A stretch of DNA of 63,917 bases, filler included, from Octopus bimaculoides (GCF_001194135.2; 7 parts of 6 records of this genome joined end to end with filler, not necessarily neighbours in it); one strand, 5' to 3'. Shown: positions 25,364 to 35,850, numbered from the whole stretch's first letter. A program made the numbers and translations. Notes: generated by a model not told the origin, from the sequence alone.

Positions 25364-25870
25364 GCGAAATTTTTTCCCACGAGAGTTCCGGACCCCAGTT
25401 ATGAACTCATTTGCATACAGCCAATCAGAGCTCAACTATCAAACTAATTAATGAGCGCATAACAAGTGATGGGCGATAAAATAAGGTCACTTGGGTAAGG
25501 TATAACCATGCCTCTTTTCTCTTTTAATAATGCTTGTTCTTGTTTTTGTTTCAACCATGGCTGCCTCTGCGTAGTTATTTGGGGAGAGGGTGCTAGCACA
25601 TCACCCTCTACCTACATTTTCCCATCCACATCTTTACCATATGGAGCCCTAACGAAATCCGGTAATAGGCGTAAATGCAAATCTAATTACTTGTCTCCTA
25701 AAATCAGGCATTACGTGGCGATCGGTCGACTTACAACACTGTTCTTCGTCTTGAGTTTACTTATTAGAGTGTGTTTGTTAACTTGACAACAAGGTCAAGG
25801 TAAGCTCTGATTGGCTGTATGCAAATGAGTTCATTACTGGGTTCCGGAACTCTCGTGGGAAAAAATTCGC
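25364..25870. mobile_element. 507-bp MITE with 68-69 bp TIRs and a probable 9-bp TSD (Mutator-like by TSD length)
   Basis: TIRs 25364-25432 and 25803-25870 differ at about 3 positions. Flanks TTCCCGCCT and TTTCCGCCC match 7/9, both differences transitions. Confidence 0.8.
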
Positions 25871-26164
25871 TTTCCGCCCTGCTTGCTGTCATTTTCACTA
25901 ACCGGTCCCTGCTGTTGGTCTTGCTAACAAGCAGAAGGACCTTTATAAGAAAACGTGAACTTCCAGTTAATTTGCTTCAGTTTATTGTTCCCTTGTTATC
26001 AGTATGATTAGATCGCGTTCTCATAACGATGAAAACTGAGAGCTGTTTCATTAGAAATTTAAATACTGTCTTTCTTTGTTGCACGATAAAGCCCTCTAAA
26101 CATCTTGATACACACACACATATTTATATATTTTTATATGTATGTATGTATGCATACATGCATG

Positions 26165-26290
26165 CTGGCACTCTGTCGGTTGTGACGACGAATGTTCCGT
26201 TTAATCCAATCAACGGAACAACCTGCTCGTAAAATTAATATGCAAGTGGCTGAGCATTCCACACACACACACCCTACCACTACGCCACGT
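26165..26290 (+). mobile_element. Fragment of a further SINE-like repeat (family C)
   Basis: GCTGGCACTCTGTCGGTTGTGACGACG...CAACGGAACAACCTGCTCGT...GCAAGTGGCTGAGCATTCCAC resembles an abundant octopus repeat from memory. Only one copy in the window. Confidence 0.45.
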
Positions 26291-26721
26291 GCCTATATAT
26301 ATATATATATATATATNNNNNNNNNNNNNNNNNNNNNNNNNNNNNNNNNNNNNNNNNNNNTTAATTAATTAANNNNNNNNNNNNNNNNNNNNNNNNNNNN
26401 NNNNNNNNNNNNNNNNGTGTCAAGCAGTGTCTCCAACATTCCAACTCTGGAGACAGTCTCTTTACGTGTTTAGCTGTCTCTCTTCATCTTTCGAACTTAC
26501 GCTCGACAGCTCGCTTACATCTACATACCAAACGTCCAAACAACAATGCTCACACACACAGAAGCTGTAACAACAAACAAGAGCTAAAGATGTATATATT
26601 TACCACCTGAATAAATGTTGTTTAAGTTGATAGTCTGGAGTTCAGCGTTCCGTTATAATTCTTAATTTTATATAGGAAAGTCAGGTATACATCTAATGAT
26701 GTATAACCAACTTTCGTATAC

Positions 26722-26767
26722 TGGTGAGCCCCGACGTGATTCGAACACGCAGCCCGCTGAGCTGCAA
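26722..26767 (-). pseudogene. tRNA-Trp 3'-half fragment ending in CCA
   Basis: Minus strand GGCTGCGTGTTCGAATCACGTCGGGG(C)TCACCA matches the eukaryotic tRNA-Trp T-arm and acceptor end. The D arm is absent. Confidence 0.75.
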
Positions 26768-27629
26768 TAACCCACTTTCTATAAAGTGGTGACCCCGAAG
26801 AAAATAAAATAAAAGGCGGATGTAATTTGACTTTTATTTCTAACTATTCGAGTATAAAGGTTCCCTATAAGGTTCCCTATACGTTTTTGTATATTTCGTA
26901 GATGCGCATGAACAAACAAGTTGACGCGTTCACTCTTTTTTTTTTCTCTCTCTCTCTTTGTATACATCTAAATGTACAACTAGAATGTAAAGTAATTTAT
27001 GCGTATGAACGAGTACGCTATTCAGGTCTTAAAACTTATTGTTACTTCTGCGTATTTACCACTTATCCTACCACAGTTCCGATTATGTTACAAAAATGGA
27101 ACAGGAATGTCCGAAAATAGTTTATATATCAAAACTTATTGGTTGAAAAACCTTACTACGACAGAAGCGTTAAAAAATAAAGGAAACAAAAACACCATCT
27201 GGCAGCTATAAAACAAAGCAACGCCTTCGAATTAAAGAAGACAAAGGCTGCCAAAGTTATGAACAGCACTCATACACACACACAAACATACACACGCACA
27301 CACACACATCTATATTCCCACAGATACTCACATACAGACATTCATGCACATACATACACAAATACACACACAACCACACTCAAACATACATACATGTACG
27401 CACACACAAACACTAAACAAACATCCCCCCACACACACACATATATACTCTTCGTCTGTCTGTCTGATTTATGCTCAAGGTCACAATTTTTTTTTTTGCA
27501 AAAACGTAGACGCTTATATCCTCCCCTTTCCTAAACGAGTAGTAAATTTATTGACTACGTGACGCTTGAAGGTAAAGTGGAAAATTTGGAACGTAGGCAT
27601 AACGGCCTCAATTTTATATCAAAAGCAAA

Positions 27630-27950
27630 TATGGTCGATCTAATCGTCTTTTTTTTTTTGTTTATTACTGACTAGCATTTATTTTATCGACACCGGAAGG
27701 ATGCTAGCAAAATGTTTATCTCCGAGTAATTGGAATTCGGAAAAGAAAGAAACACACGAGGCAATGTTTCCCTTACATTTATGTACTAGATCTCAGAATG
27801 ATAAAAGTCGAATCTGACAAGATTTTGTTCTGAGTTCAAATGTCTAGCATTACTTCTGACTCTTTACTTTCTGGTTCAAAATTCCGCCGAGGTCGACCTT
27901 GGCTTTCATCCTTTCGGGATCGATAAAATAAAGTAGTAGTCAACTACTGG
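27630..27950. mobile_element. Cluster of SINE family A fragments in mixed orientation
   Basis: CCGCCGAGGTCGACCTTGGCTTTCATCCTTTCGGGATCGATAAAAT (+) near 27880-27935; ATTTTATCGACACCGGAAGGATG (-) near 27680-27710. Confidence 0.65.
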
Positions 27951-28016
27951 CGCCTACTTCTCCTTTGCAGAAAGACTATTAACACAACTTCAACTAAAAT
28001 GTAAGACTAACTTTAC

Positions 28017-28135
28017 CTAACTCTATTCTTATACCACTATATGCATTACTATATCCACTAACTGTTTCTCCTGCATCTCTCACACCATGAACTTTAACAT
28101 ACTTCTCAACATTCTGAAGAGATTTGCCAAACCAT
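28017..28135 (-). CDS. Candidate internal exon, unidentified
   Basis: TTGTGCCAG acceptor and TTAG/GTAAAG donor; 119 nt reading WFGKSLQNVEKYVKVHGVRDAGETVSGYSNAYSGIRIEL (phase 2 to 1). Confidence 0.3.
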
Positions 28136-28143
28136 CTGGCACA

Positions 28144-28184
<41 letters not shown>

Positions 28185-29084
28185 NNNNNNNNNNNNNNNN
28201 NNNNNNNNNNNNNNNNNNNNNNNNNNNNNNNNNNNNNNNNNNNNNNNNNNNNNNNNNNNNNNNNNNNNNNNNNNNNNNNNNNNNNNNNNNNNNNNNNNNN
28301 NNNNNNNNNNNNNNNNNNNNNNNNNNNNNNNNNNNNNNNNNNNNNNNNNNNNNNNNNNNNNNNNNNNNNNNNNNNNNNNNNNNNNNNNNNNNNNNNNNNN
28401 NNNNNNNNNNNNNNNNNNNNNNNNNNNNNNNNNNNNNNNNNNNNNNNNNNNNNNNNNNNNNNNNNNNNNNNNNNNNNNNNNNNNNNNNNNNNNNNNNNNN
28501 NNNNNNNNNNNNNNNNNNNNNNNNNNNNNNNNNNNNNNNNNNNNNNNNNNNNNNNNNNNNNNNNNNNNNNNNNNNNNNNNNNNNNNNNNNNNNNNNNNNN
28601 NNNNNNNNNNNNNNNNNNNNNNNNNNNNNNNNNNNNNNNNNNNNNNNNNNNNNNNNNNNNNNNNNNNNNNNNNNNNNNNNNNNNNNNNNNNNNNNNNNNN
28701 NNNNNNNNNNNNNNNNNNNNNNNNNNNNNNNNNNNNNNNNNNNNNNNNNNNNNNNNNNNNNNNNNNNNNNNNNNNNNNNNNNNNNNNNNNNNNNNNNNNN
28801 NNNNNNNNNNNNNNNNNNNNNNNNNNNNNNNNNNNNNNNNNNNNNNNNNNNNNNNNNNNNNNNNNNNNNNNNNNNNNNNNNNNNNNNNNNNNNNNNNNNN
28901 NNNNNNNNNNNNNNNNNNNNNNNNNNNNNNNNNNNNNNNNNNNNNNNNNNNNNNNNNNNNNNNNNNNNNNNNNNNNNNATATGTGTACATATTACATGTA
29001 CATCTATATATATAAACATCTACACATGTGTATACATATACATGTATGCATATAGATCTATATCTATATATATATATCTATGCA

Positions 29085-29423
29085 TATACGTGTACATATA
29101 CATGTATATGTATACATATACATCTCTTTCTCTCTCTTTCTCTCTCTTTCTCTCTTTCTCCCTCTGAAAGTATCGAAATGTGATTGTTTCAGTTAGTGGA
29201 ATAACGTGTACATATACATCTATATGTATACATATACATCTCTCTTTCTCTCTCTCTCTTTCTCTCTCTCTCTTTCTCTCTAGCTCTTTCTCTCTCTCTC
29301 TCTTTCTCTCTTTCTCTCTCTCTCTTTCTCTCTTTCTCTCTCTCTCTTTCTCTCTTTCTCTCTCTCTCTCTGAAAGTATCTGTCATTACAGTATCGAAAT
29401 GTGATTGTTTCAGTTAGTAGAAT
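29085..29423 (+). repeat. Tandem duplication of a TA/CT-microsatellite plus unique-anchor unit
   Basis: GTATCGAAATGTGATTGTTTCAGTTAGT(G/A)GAATA occurs at about 29169-29203 and 29390-29423, each after TA and CT tracts. Confidence 0.8.
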
Positions 29424-29439
29424 AGTTTCATTTTTAAAG

Positions 29440-29684
29440 TGAAAGTATTTGACATGAGTGTTTTTGTTTCACTTTTGATATGTAATACTTAAATGGTGGA
29501 GGAGATATTATGTTGCTGTGGGCTCGAACTCTGGAAGAAGTTAAAAATTTTTTTTGACTAAAACACAACTGGAACCCTAAGTAAGGCATGTGTAAAATTT
29601 GAATGAAATTGGTTGCGTAGTTCTCGAGTTTTAGGGATTCACACAGACAGACAGACACACATTCTCATTTTTATATATATAGAT
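29440..29684 (+). mobile_element. Possible non-autonomous Helitron/Helentron-type 3' end
   Basis: AAATTTGAATGAAATTGGTTGCGTAGTTCTCGAGTT...(CAGA)n...TTTTATATATATAGAT has the layout of DINE-1/HINE-like elements. Recognised from pattern only. Confidence 0.4.
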
Positions 29685-29970
29685 ATATATGTGTGTGTGT
29701 GTGTGTGTATGTGTAAATGAGGATAAGATCGATATTTAAATACCGATTTCATCAAGTGGCCAGCATAGGAATAAAAAACCATCAAAGGTAATAATTATTT
29801 AAAATTATAATTTAGGACATCTAAGAGATACCACCACGCTGGAAATAGCAGTCCAAACTTGACTCTAAAACCACATTAAATGTGTTCATATAACACCAGG
29901 AGAGAAGACGAAGAGACAAAATGAACTAACAAAAAATTGCTGGATAATTCCAGATTCCGGATTTCTGGCT

Positions 29971-30075
29971 AACCACCGATATACAATTTACAATGAAGGA
30001 GACCAATTTTGTAGAGTACGTTTTTTCTAGATGGTGATTGGTCTCCTTCATTGTGTGAATTTTATATCAGTGGTT
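29971..30075. repeat. Hairpin with 37-39 nt arms and a 29-nt spacer
   Basis: AACCACCGATATACAATTTACAATGAAGGAGACCAAT pairs with ATTGGTCTCCTTCATTGTGTGAATTTTATATCAGTGGTT. Confidence 0.85.
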
Positions 30076-30616
30076 CTTCTCTAAATTATATTTATATACA
30101 TATATTATCTATTATAAAATTCAATTTAGTTTTACTAAATTGAATATTCCTGTATGTTTGGAATTTTACATTCCCTAATATTATAATATATATATATATA
30201 TATACAAGATATTTTTCAAAGCACGGTAGGTCCTTGTTCATGCAGAAGTTACTTCGAAATTGATTAATGTTGTTTGACTTCAATATCTTCATTTTAGTCA
30301 TTCAGTTGGACTTAGGTCAAGTTTCTTACCATTGTAATGCGTTGTAGCTGCTTTAAAATAGAGTCACTAGGTACTTTATGTAGCACAAACATCTCAATTC
30401 TGACATCGCTACTAGTTTGTCTTTTTATTGGCTTATCATGTCCCGACTTATTGATGCTTAATACAAACATAAAAAGTAAAATTAAGAATGAACTTACGAT
30501 GACAAATATATCGAAAATATAGGCGTTCGTAAATGTGTGATGGTGAAAACAAATCGCAACCTCTTTATTAACCACTTTCGCGGACTATGTCATCAATGAG
30601 CCGGTATTACGGCCAC

Positions 30617-32262
30617 TGTAACAACCCAGAATATACCCCTGCCCAGACGATACTCGGAGTTAGTCTAGGCTAGCCCAGGCTATACCCCTGTCCAGACTAT
30701 ACCCCTGTCCAGACTATACCCCTGTCCAGACTATACCCCATGCTTGCGGTCAAATAATACAGATATACCTCACTTATAAAAGTTGCCTCAGAACATATAC
30801 AAAATTTGATATCAGTCGATGAAGAATTATAAGTTACATGTAAATTTCGATTTAAACATAGCAATTTAGAATTATCAAATGCAAATATTCAATGTACCAA
30901 TATAAACCCAATGTATAGGCAGATTTGAAAAAAATTGACGACTCGCGCATGCTGCGCAATGCACCTATACTATGAGTCATAGCCAAAACTCGCACAAATT
31001 TGGCCATTAGTGTTGGGTTTATATTGATATATTTTAAAGTATTTTGCATTTGATAGTTCTATCAGGTTGGCAACTAAGTTCCCGCCGTTTTTTTAAATTA
31101 AAATTTTTTTAAAGGTTTAATAAAAAATAACTACTAATTAATCAATAATGTATTCACCCTTGTTGTTTACAACTTCTTCTCAACGTTCAACAAGATTTTC
31201 AATACCTCGTTAGTAGAAATCACCCGATTTCGACTCGAAAAATTGATCCGACCAAGCTCTCAATTCTGCATCAGTAATGAATGAAACTCTGCGCATAGCA
31301 TTTGAAAGAGATCGAAAGAGGTGGAAATCCGTTGGTGCCAAATCAGGAGAGTACGGCGGGTGTGGCAGCACTTCCCAACCACGCGTTTGAATGGCTTCCT
31401 TGGTCATATTGACNNNNNNNNNNNNNNNNNNNNNNNNNNNNNNNNNNNNNNNNNNNNNNNNNNNNNNNNNNNNNNNNNNNNNNNNNNNNNNNNNNNNNNN
31501 NNNNNNNNNNNNNNNNNNNNNNNNNNNNNNNNNNNNNNNNNNNNNNNNNNNNNNNNNNNNNNNNNNNNNNNNNNNNNNNNNNNNNNNNNNNNNNNNNNNN
31601 NNNNNNNNNNNNNNNNNNNNNNNNNNNNNNNNNNNNNNNNNNNNNNNNNNNNNNNNNNNNNNNNNNNNNNNNNNNNNNNNNNNNNNNNNNNNNNNNNNNN
31701 NNNNNNNNNNNNNNNNNNNNNNNNNNNNNNNNNNNNNNNNNNNNNNNNNNNNNNNNNNNNNNNNNNNNNNNNNNNNNNNNNNNNNNNNNGATGTACAGGC
31801 ACCATTTTTCGTCGCAAGTAACGATTCGGTAAAGAAATCGTTGCTTGTGTCCATTAGTTGAGCGGCGACGAGCAAGCAAACCAGCAAAGATTATGGCTCG
31901 TTGATTTTTGTTGTTGTCACTTAAAACATGCGGAACCCATTTTCCATACTTCTGAACCTTTCCTATCGAGTGAAGATGCTTCTCTATAGCAGTGTGGGAG
32001 CATTCAATTTTCTCTGCCAGTACCCTTGTCGTTTGACGAGAATTTTCGTGCAAAAGTTGGTTTAATCGCTCTTCATCGAACTCAACTGGACGGCCAGAAC
32101 GAGGTGCGTCTTTGAGTTCCATTTTTGAGTGATATCGAGTGATATCAAATATATGTTCTGAGGCAACTTTTATAAGTGAGGTACATCTGTGTTATTTGTC
32201 CGCAAGCATGGGCCATATTCTGGCCTGGTTATCTGGATAAGGGTATATACTGGGCTGTTACA
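30617..32262. mobile_element. Foldback element with TGTAACA...TGTTACA ends and a 4-bp TSD (Ginger-like), interrupted by a mariner
   Basis: Arms 30617-~30830 and ~32130-32262 are inverted copies. Flanks are CCAC and CCGC. A 17-bp subrepeat CTATACCCCTGTCCAGA occurs about 3.5 times in the left arm. Confidence 0.7.
31062..32128 (-). mobile_element. Mariner transposon, 5'-truncated, partly in a gap
   Basis: DAPRSGRP, WVPHVL, IVTCDEKW, LPHPPYSPDLAPTDFHLF and GEYIID; TIR TCAGGTTGGCAACTAAGTTCCCGCCG after TA at 31060-31061. Confidence 0.93.
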
Positions 32263-32554
32263 CCGCCAATTTTCAATCCTGTTTAGACTTGTTGTGCCCA
32301 TATACCCGCACCGATCGATAAAACCGCAGAGAGGCGCCTACATTCAAGTACGTGCATGTACGCCCTGCGCGCATCGTGACGCGTTGCCTCAAATGCGTTC
32401 TATCTGTAAGGGTTTTTTTTAACACATAAATTAGGGGTTTTGAGTAGTGTGTGCATGTTCAATGGTTCCAATTTTAGCAAAAACCGGAAAATCTAGGGTT
32501 TTGAACATTAAAAATCTGAAAATTGGAGACCCCTTCTCGGAACCTCTAAAATCG

Positions 32555-32588
32555 CTTCGCAGACCCCAGTTTGGGAATCAAGGCTCTA
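32555..32588 (+). mobile_element. hAT-like terminal sequence
   Basis: CGCAGACCCCAGTTTGGGAATCAAGGCTCTA resembles hAT MITE right ends. The partner end was not found. Confidence 0.3.
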
Positions 32589-32776
32589 CCATATGACTTT
32601 AACGTTAATAATCTTGCCGAACGCATACATACTGAACGTCTTTGACATCCGGTACGTAAAAAAAAAAAACTAAGCATAAGGCAATGTGTTTACTGTTTAT
32701 AAAATATACTACAAAAAAAGCAATAAACTCAGTTTAATTAATCTTAGTACCCACTGATGTGAACTGGTTGCAACAG

Positions 32777-33165
32777 AAACCGGAAGTGATGACAGTTACT
32801 TCCTATAATTTCATGTAAACAATGTATGTGACATAATCAACATATAGAATAAAGTAATATTTAACCCCACTTAAACGTCGATGTTCTGTTAGAACACACT
32901 TTACAGCAGTAAATACCATGAAAGAAACTCTCATACAGGCTTTTGTTAATCTTTGATGAAAACCATACATATATTTCTTATAAGATGAAAATAATAACCT
33001 TTCTCAGTGGCGTTCGTGGTTAGTACATTGGAATGCTGTTCTTCAACTGCTACTTCTGAAATACTTCAGTTGAAGGTCCTATACATGTAGGTACCAGTGA
33101 ACGTGGTATAATGAAGGAGTTCTTTGTGGGAAATTTTGGGGTGTCAATGTCGTCACTTCCGGTTT
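32777..33165. promoter_or_regulatory. Inverted pair of ETS/CRE-like motifs (or subterminal repeats of a small transposon)
   Basis: AAACCGGAAGTGATGACA (32777-32794) and the reverse complement of AAACCGGAAGTGACGACA (33148-33165) are 17/18 identical. Confidence 0.4.
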
Positions 33166-33805
33166 ATATCGCAGTTGATTTTTTTCTTTTTTTTTAAAAG
33201 ACAACTGACATCCACCATTTTACGGCCATAAACTGCTTGCTAACTTTGTTAACTTGGTTTGTGTATAAAATGGTTTTGTATTGCGTACGAAAATCTTTTT
33301 CTGTGCATACATCTATGTGTTAAGTGTCGGCTGCTTCTGTTTTACAAATAAAACACTACTTACAAATGAAACCTCATTTTACATACGTGAATATTGTGAT
33401 AAATTAAAATGAGTTAATAACTGTTTTTTGGCATATTTCATAAACAGAAAATACCACACATTTCGCTTGTTTTGTAGCAGAGATGAAGGTCATTCAATAC
33501 ATATACCTTCGACCAAATTATTTTGATATTGCACCAGTTACAGCGATTATAGCTACTGTTGTTACTGTTGTTATCGTCGTCATTGTTGCTGTTTAGTCCC
33601 AGATTAGCTCTGATAGAGCAGATCTATGATTAAAGAAGTTCAAGTCAACATCATCCTGTTTTTTTTTTGTTTTTTTTCTCAGACAAAGAGTATCTAGGAA
33701 TACATTATACAATGTGTCTTTCCTATTTCGAGGCAGCAGGGTGTGATTTGAAGGCGGTTTGAGGGCTACTTTTAGCAGATAAAGCGATGTAGATTTCAGA
33801 AATCT

Positions 33806-33828
33806 GTAGTAGTAGTAGTAGTAGCAGC

Positions 33829-33902
<74 letters not shown>
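33806..33902. repeat. (TAG)n microsatellite
   Basis: Directly visible. Confidence 0.95.
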
Positions 33903-34047
33903 ATGAGTCTTGGTTGAACGATCCTGCGATAAAACAACGCCATCTCATCAATGGCTACATTGTTAATTTTGACTTCCCTTCCACCACCTTTTTTTAAAGA
34001 CGGTAAGATGTGGTCTTAACAGACTTGGCTGTTATTTCTTCTCTATT

Positions 34048-34278
34048 AAGGTGGCAAGCTGGTAGAATCGTTACTGCGTCGGATATTATGCTTAACGGAT
34101 TTCTTCCAGTGCATTACGTTCTGAGTTAAAATTCTGCAGAGGACGACTTTACCTCTCATCCTTTGGATGGTCGATAAAATACATACCAATAGAGCTCTAG
34201 AGCCGATGTAATCAAGTTGGCCCTTCCCCCTAAAAAAAGATATTGCTAGCCTAGTGCCAAATTTTGAAAATCATTATA
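34048..34278 (+). mobile_element. SINE family A, diverged
   Basis: AAGGTGGCAAGCTGGTAGAATCGTT head, TTCTGAGTTAAAATTC B-box region, GGTCGATAAAATAC centre. Confidence 0.75.
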
Positions 34279-34507
34279 TCTACTTGATTAAACGGTTATG
34301 TATATACTTGGTTGTTGATTCCCTTAGTAAGATGAGCTGTTAACGGTTGCATGCATTAAATGAGTTGGAGCAAATTTAAAGGTGATGGTCACCGTCATTA
34401 CGTTGGCAGTTTGTGTTAATTGTGATAGTAGTAAGAATGATATTGTTTTGAGAGAAGTCATATTTGAGACAGCTCTTGTAATCAAAATGGCAGTCGAGTG
34501 CAAACAC

Positions 34508-34698
34508 TTACTCTTTTACTTGTTTCAGTCATTTGACTGCAGCCATGCTGGAGCACCGCCTTTAGTCGAGCAAATCGACCCTAGGACTTATTCTTTGGAT
34601 GCCTAGTACTTATTCTATCGGTCTCTTTTGCCGAACCGCTAAGTTACGGGGACCTAAACACAGACATACAAACATACACACACACACACACACACACA
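34508..34698 (-). mobile_element. SINE family B, 3' half (partner of the head at 35489-35583)
   Basis: Near-consensus match to 60611-60770; runs into (CA)n and a gap. Confidence 0.88.
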
Positions 34699-35235
34699 NN
34701 NNNNNNNNNNNNNNNNNNNNNNNNNNNNNNNNNNNNNNNNNNNNNNNNNNNNNNNNNNNNNNNNNNNNNNNNNNNNNNNNNNNNNNNNNNNNNNNNNNNN
34801 NNNNNNNNNNNNNNNNNNNNNNNNNNNNNNNNNNNNNNNNNNNNNNNNNNNNNNNNNNNNNNNNNNNNNNNNNNNNNNNNNNNNNNNNNNNNNNNNNNNN
34901 NNNNNNNNNNNNNNNNNNNNNNNNNNNNNNNNNNNNNNNNNNNNNNNNNNNNNNNNNNNNNNNNNNNNNNNNNNNNNNNNNNNNNNNNNNNNNNNNNNNN
35001 NNNNNNNNNNNNNNNNNNNNNNNNNNNNNNNNNNNNNNNNNNNNNNNNNNNNNNNNNNNNNNNNNNNNNNNNNNNNNNNNNNNNNNNNNNNNNNNNNNNN
35101 NNNNNNNNNNNNNNNNNNNNNNNNNNNNNNNNNNNNNNNNNNNNNNNNNNNNNNNNNNNNNNNNNNNNNNNNNNNNNNNNNNNNNNNNNNNNNNNNNNNN
35201 NNNNNNNNNNNNNNNNNNNNNNNNNNNNNNNNNNC

Positions 35236-35404
35236 CGATGAATTTACTTTGTGGACATATCGACAGAATTTTTATACCTTTCAACCTTTCAGTCAAGTCC
35301 GCCTTTCTTCCAGTAACATACTGTCCATATAATCTTAAATATTTCTTTAACTTAGGCACAGTAAGTACTTCGATAGCTGAATCATCAAGCTGCTTTATAC
35401 CCAT
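35236..35404 (-). CDS. N-terminal SAP-domain ORF fragment, probably transposon-borne
   Basis: MGIKQLDDSAIEVLTVPKLKKYLRLYGQYVTGRKADLTERLKGIK fits the SAP pattern LTVxxLKxxLxxxGxxxxGxKxxLxxRL. The ORF runs into a gap. Confidence 0.7.
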
Positions 35405-35488
35405 GGGCGTGGGTTAGCCTCCGGAAGTTTAATTATCTATATGGAGCGCCGCCTAGCCAAGGGAGATAACCTACTTATAGGAAAGCCC

Positions 35489-35583
35489 TATAGTAGAAGA
35501 CACTTGCCCAAGGTGTCACGCAGTGGGACTGAACCCGGAACCATGTGGTTCGTAAGCAAGCTACTTACCACACAGCCACTCCT
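35489..35583 (-). mobile_element. SINE family B head, cut by an insertion at CTATA
   Basis: GGAGTGGCTGTGTGGTAAGTAGCTTGCTTACGAACCACATGGTTCCGGGTTCAGTCCCACTGCGTGACACCTTGGGCAAGTGTCTTCTACTATA, then unrelated sequence. Confidence 0.9.
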
Positions 35584-35850
35584 AAAATAATTTACACTCC
35601 AATCTCATCAAGATTATTTTTCTCTCCACCACTTGTTGTTTTTTGGGGTTTTTTTCTAAACAATATGTCAAAATATCTTAAATTTTTCAACTCTTATTTT
35701 CTCACTCCCTGAAATTTCGTCTAGTATATATTTCTATCATCTCAGGCTCTTCAGCGTATACACTCAACCTCTCCTTCTAATGTAAGTATTTGTGTTAATA
35801 TATTCAACAAACTCTCAATTCATGCATCCATCATGTAACTAACTACTTAC

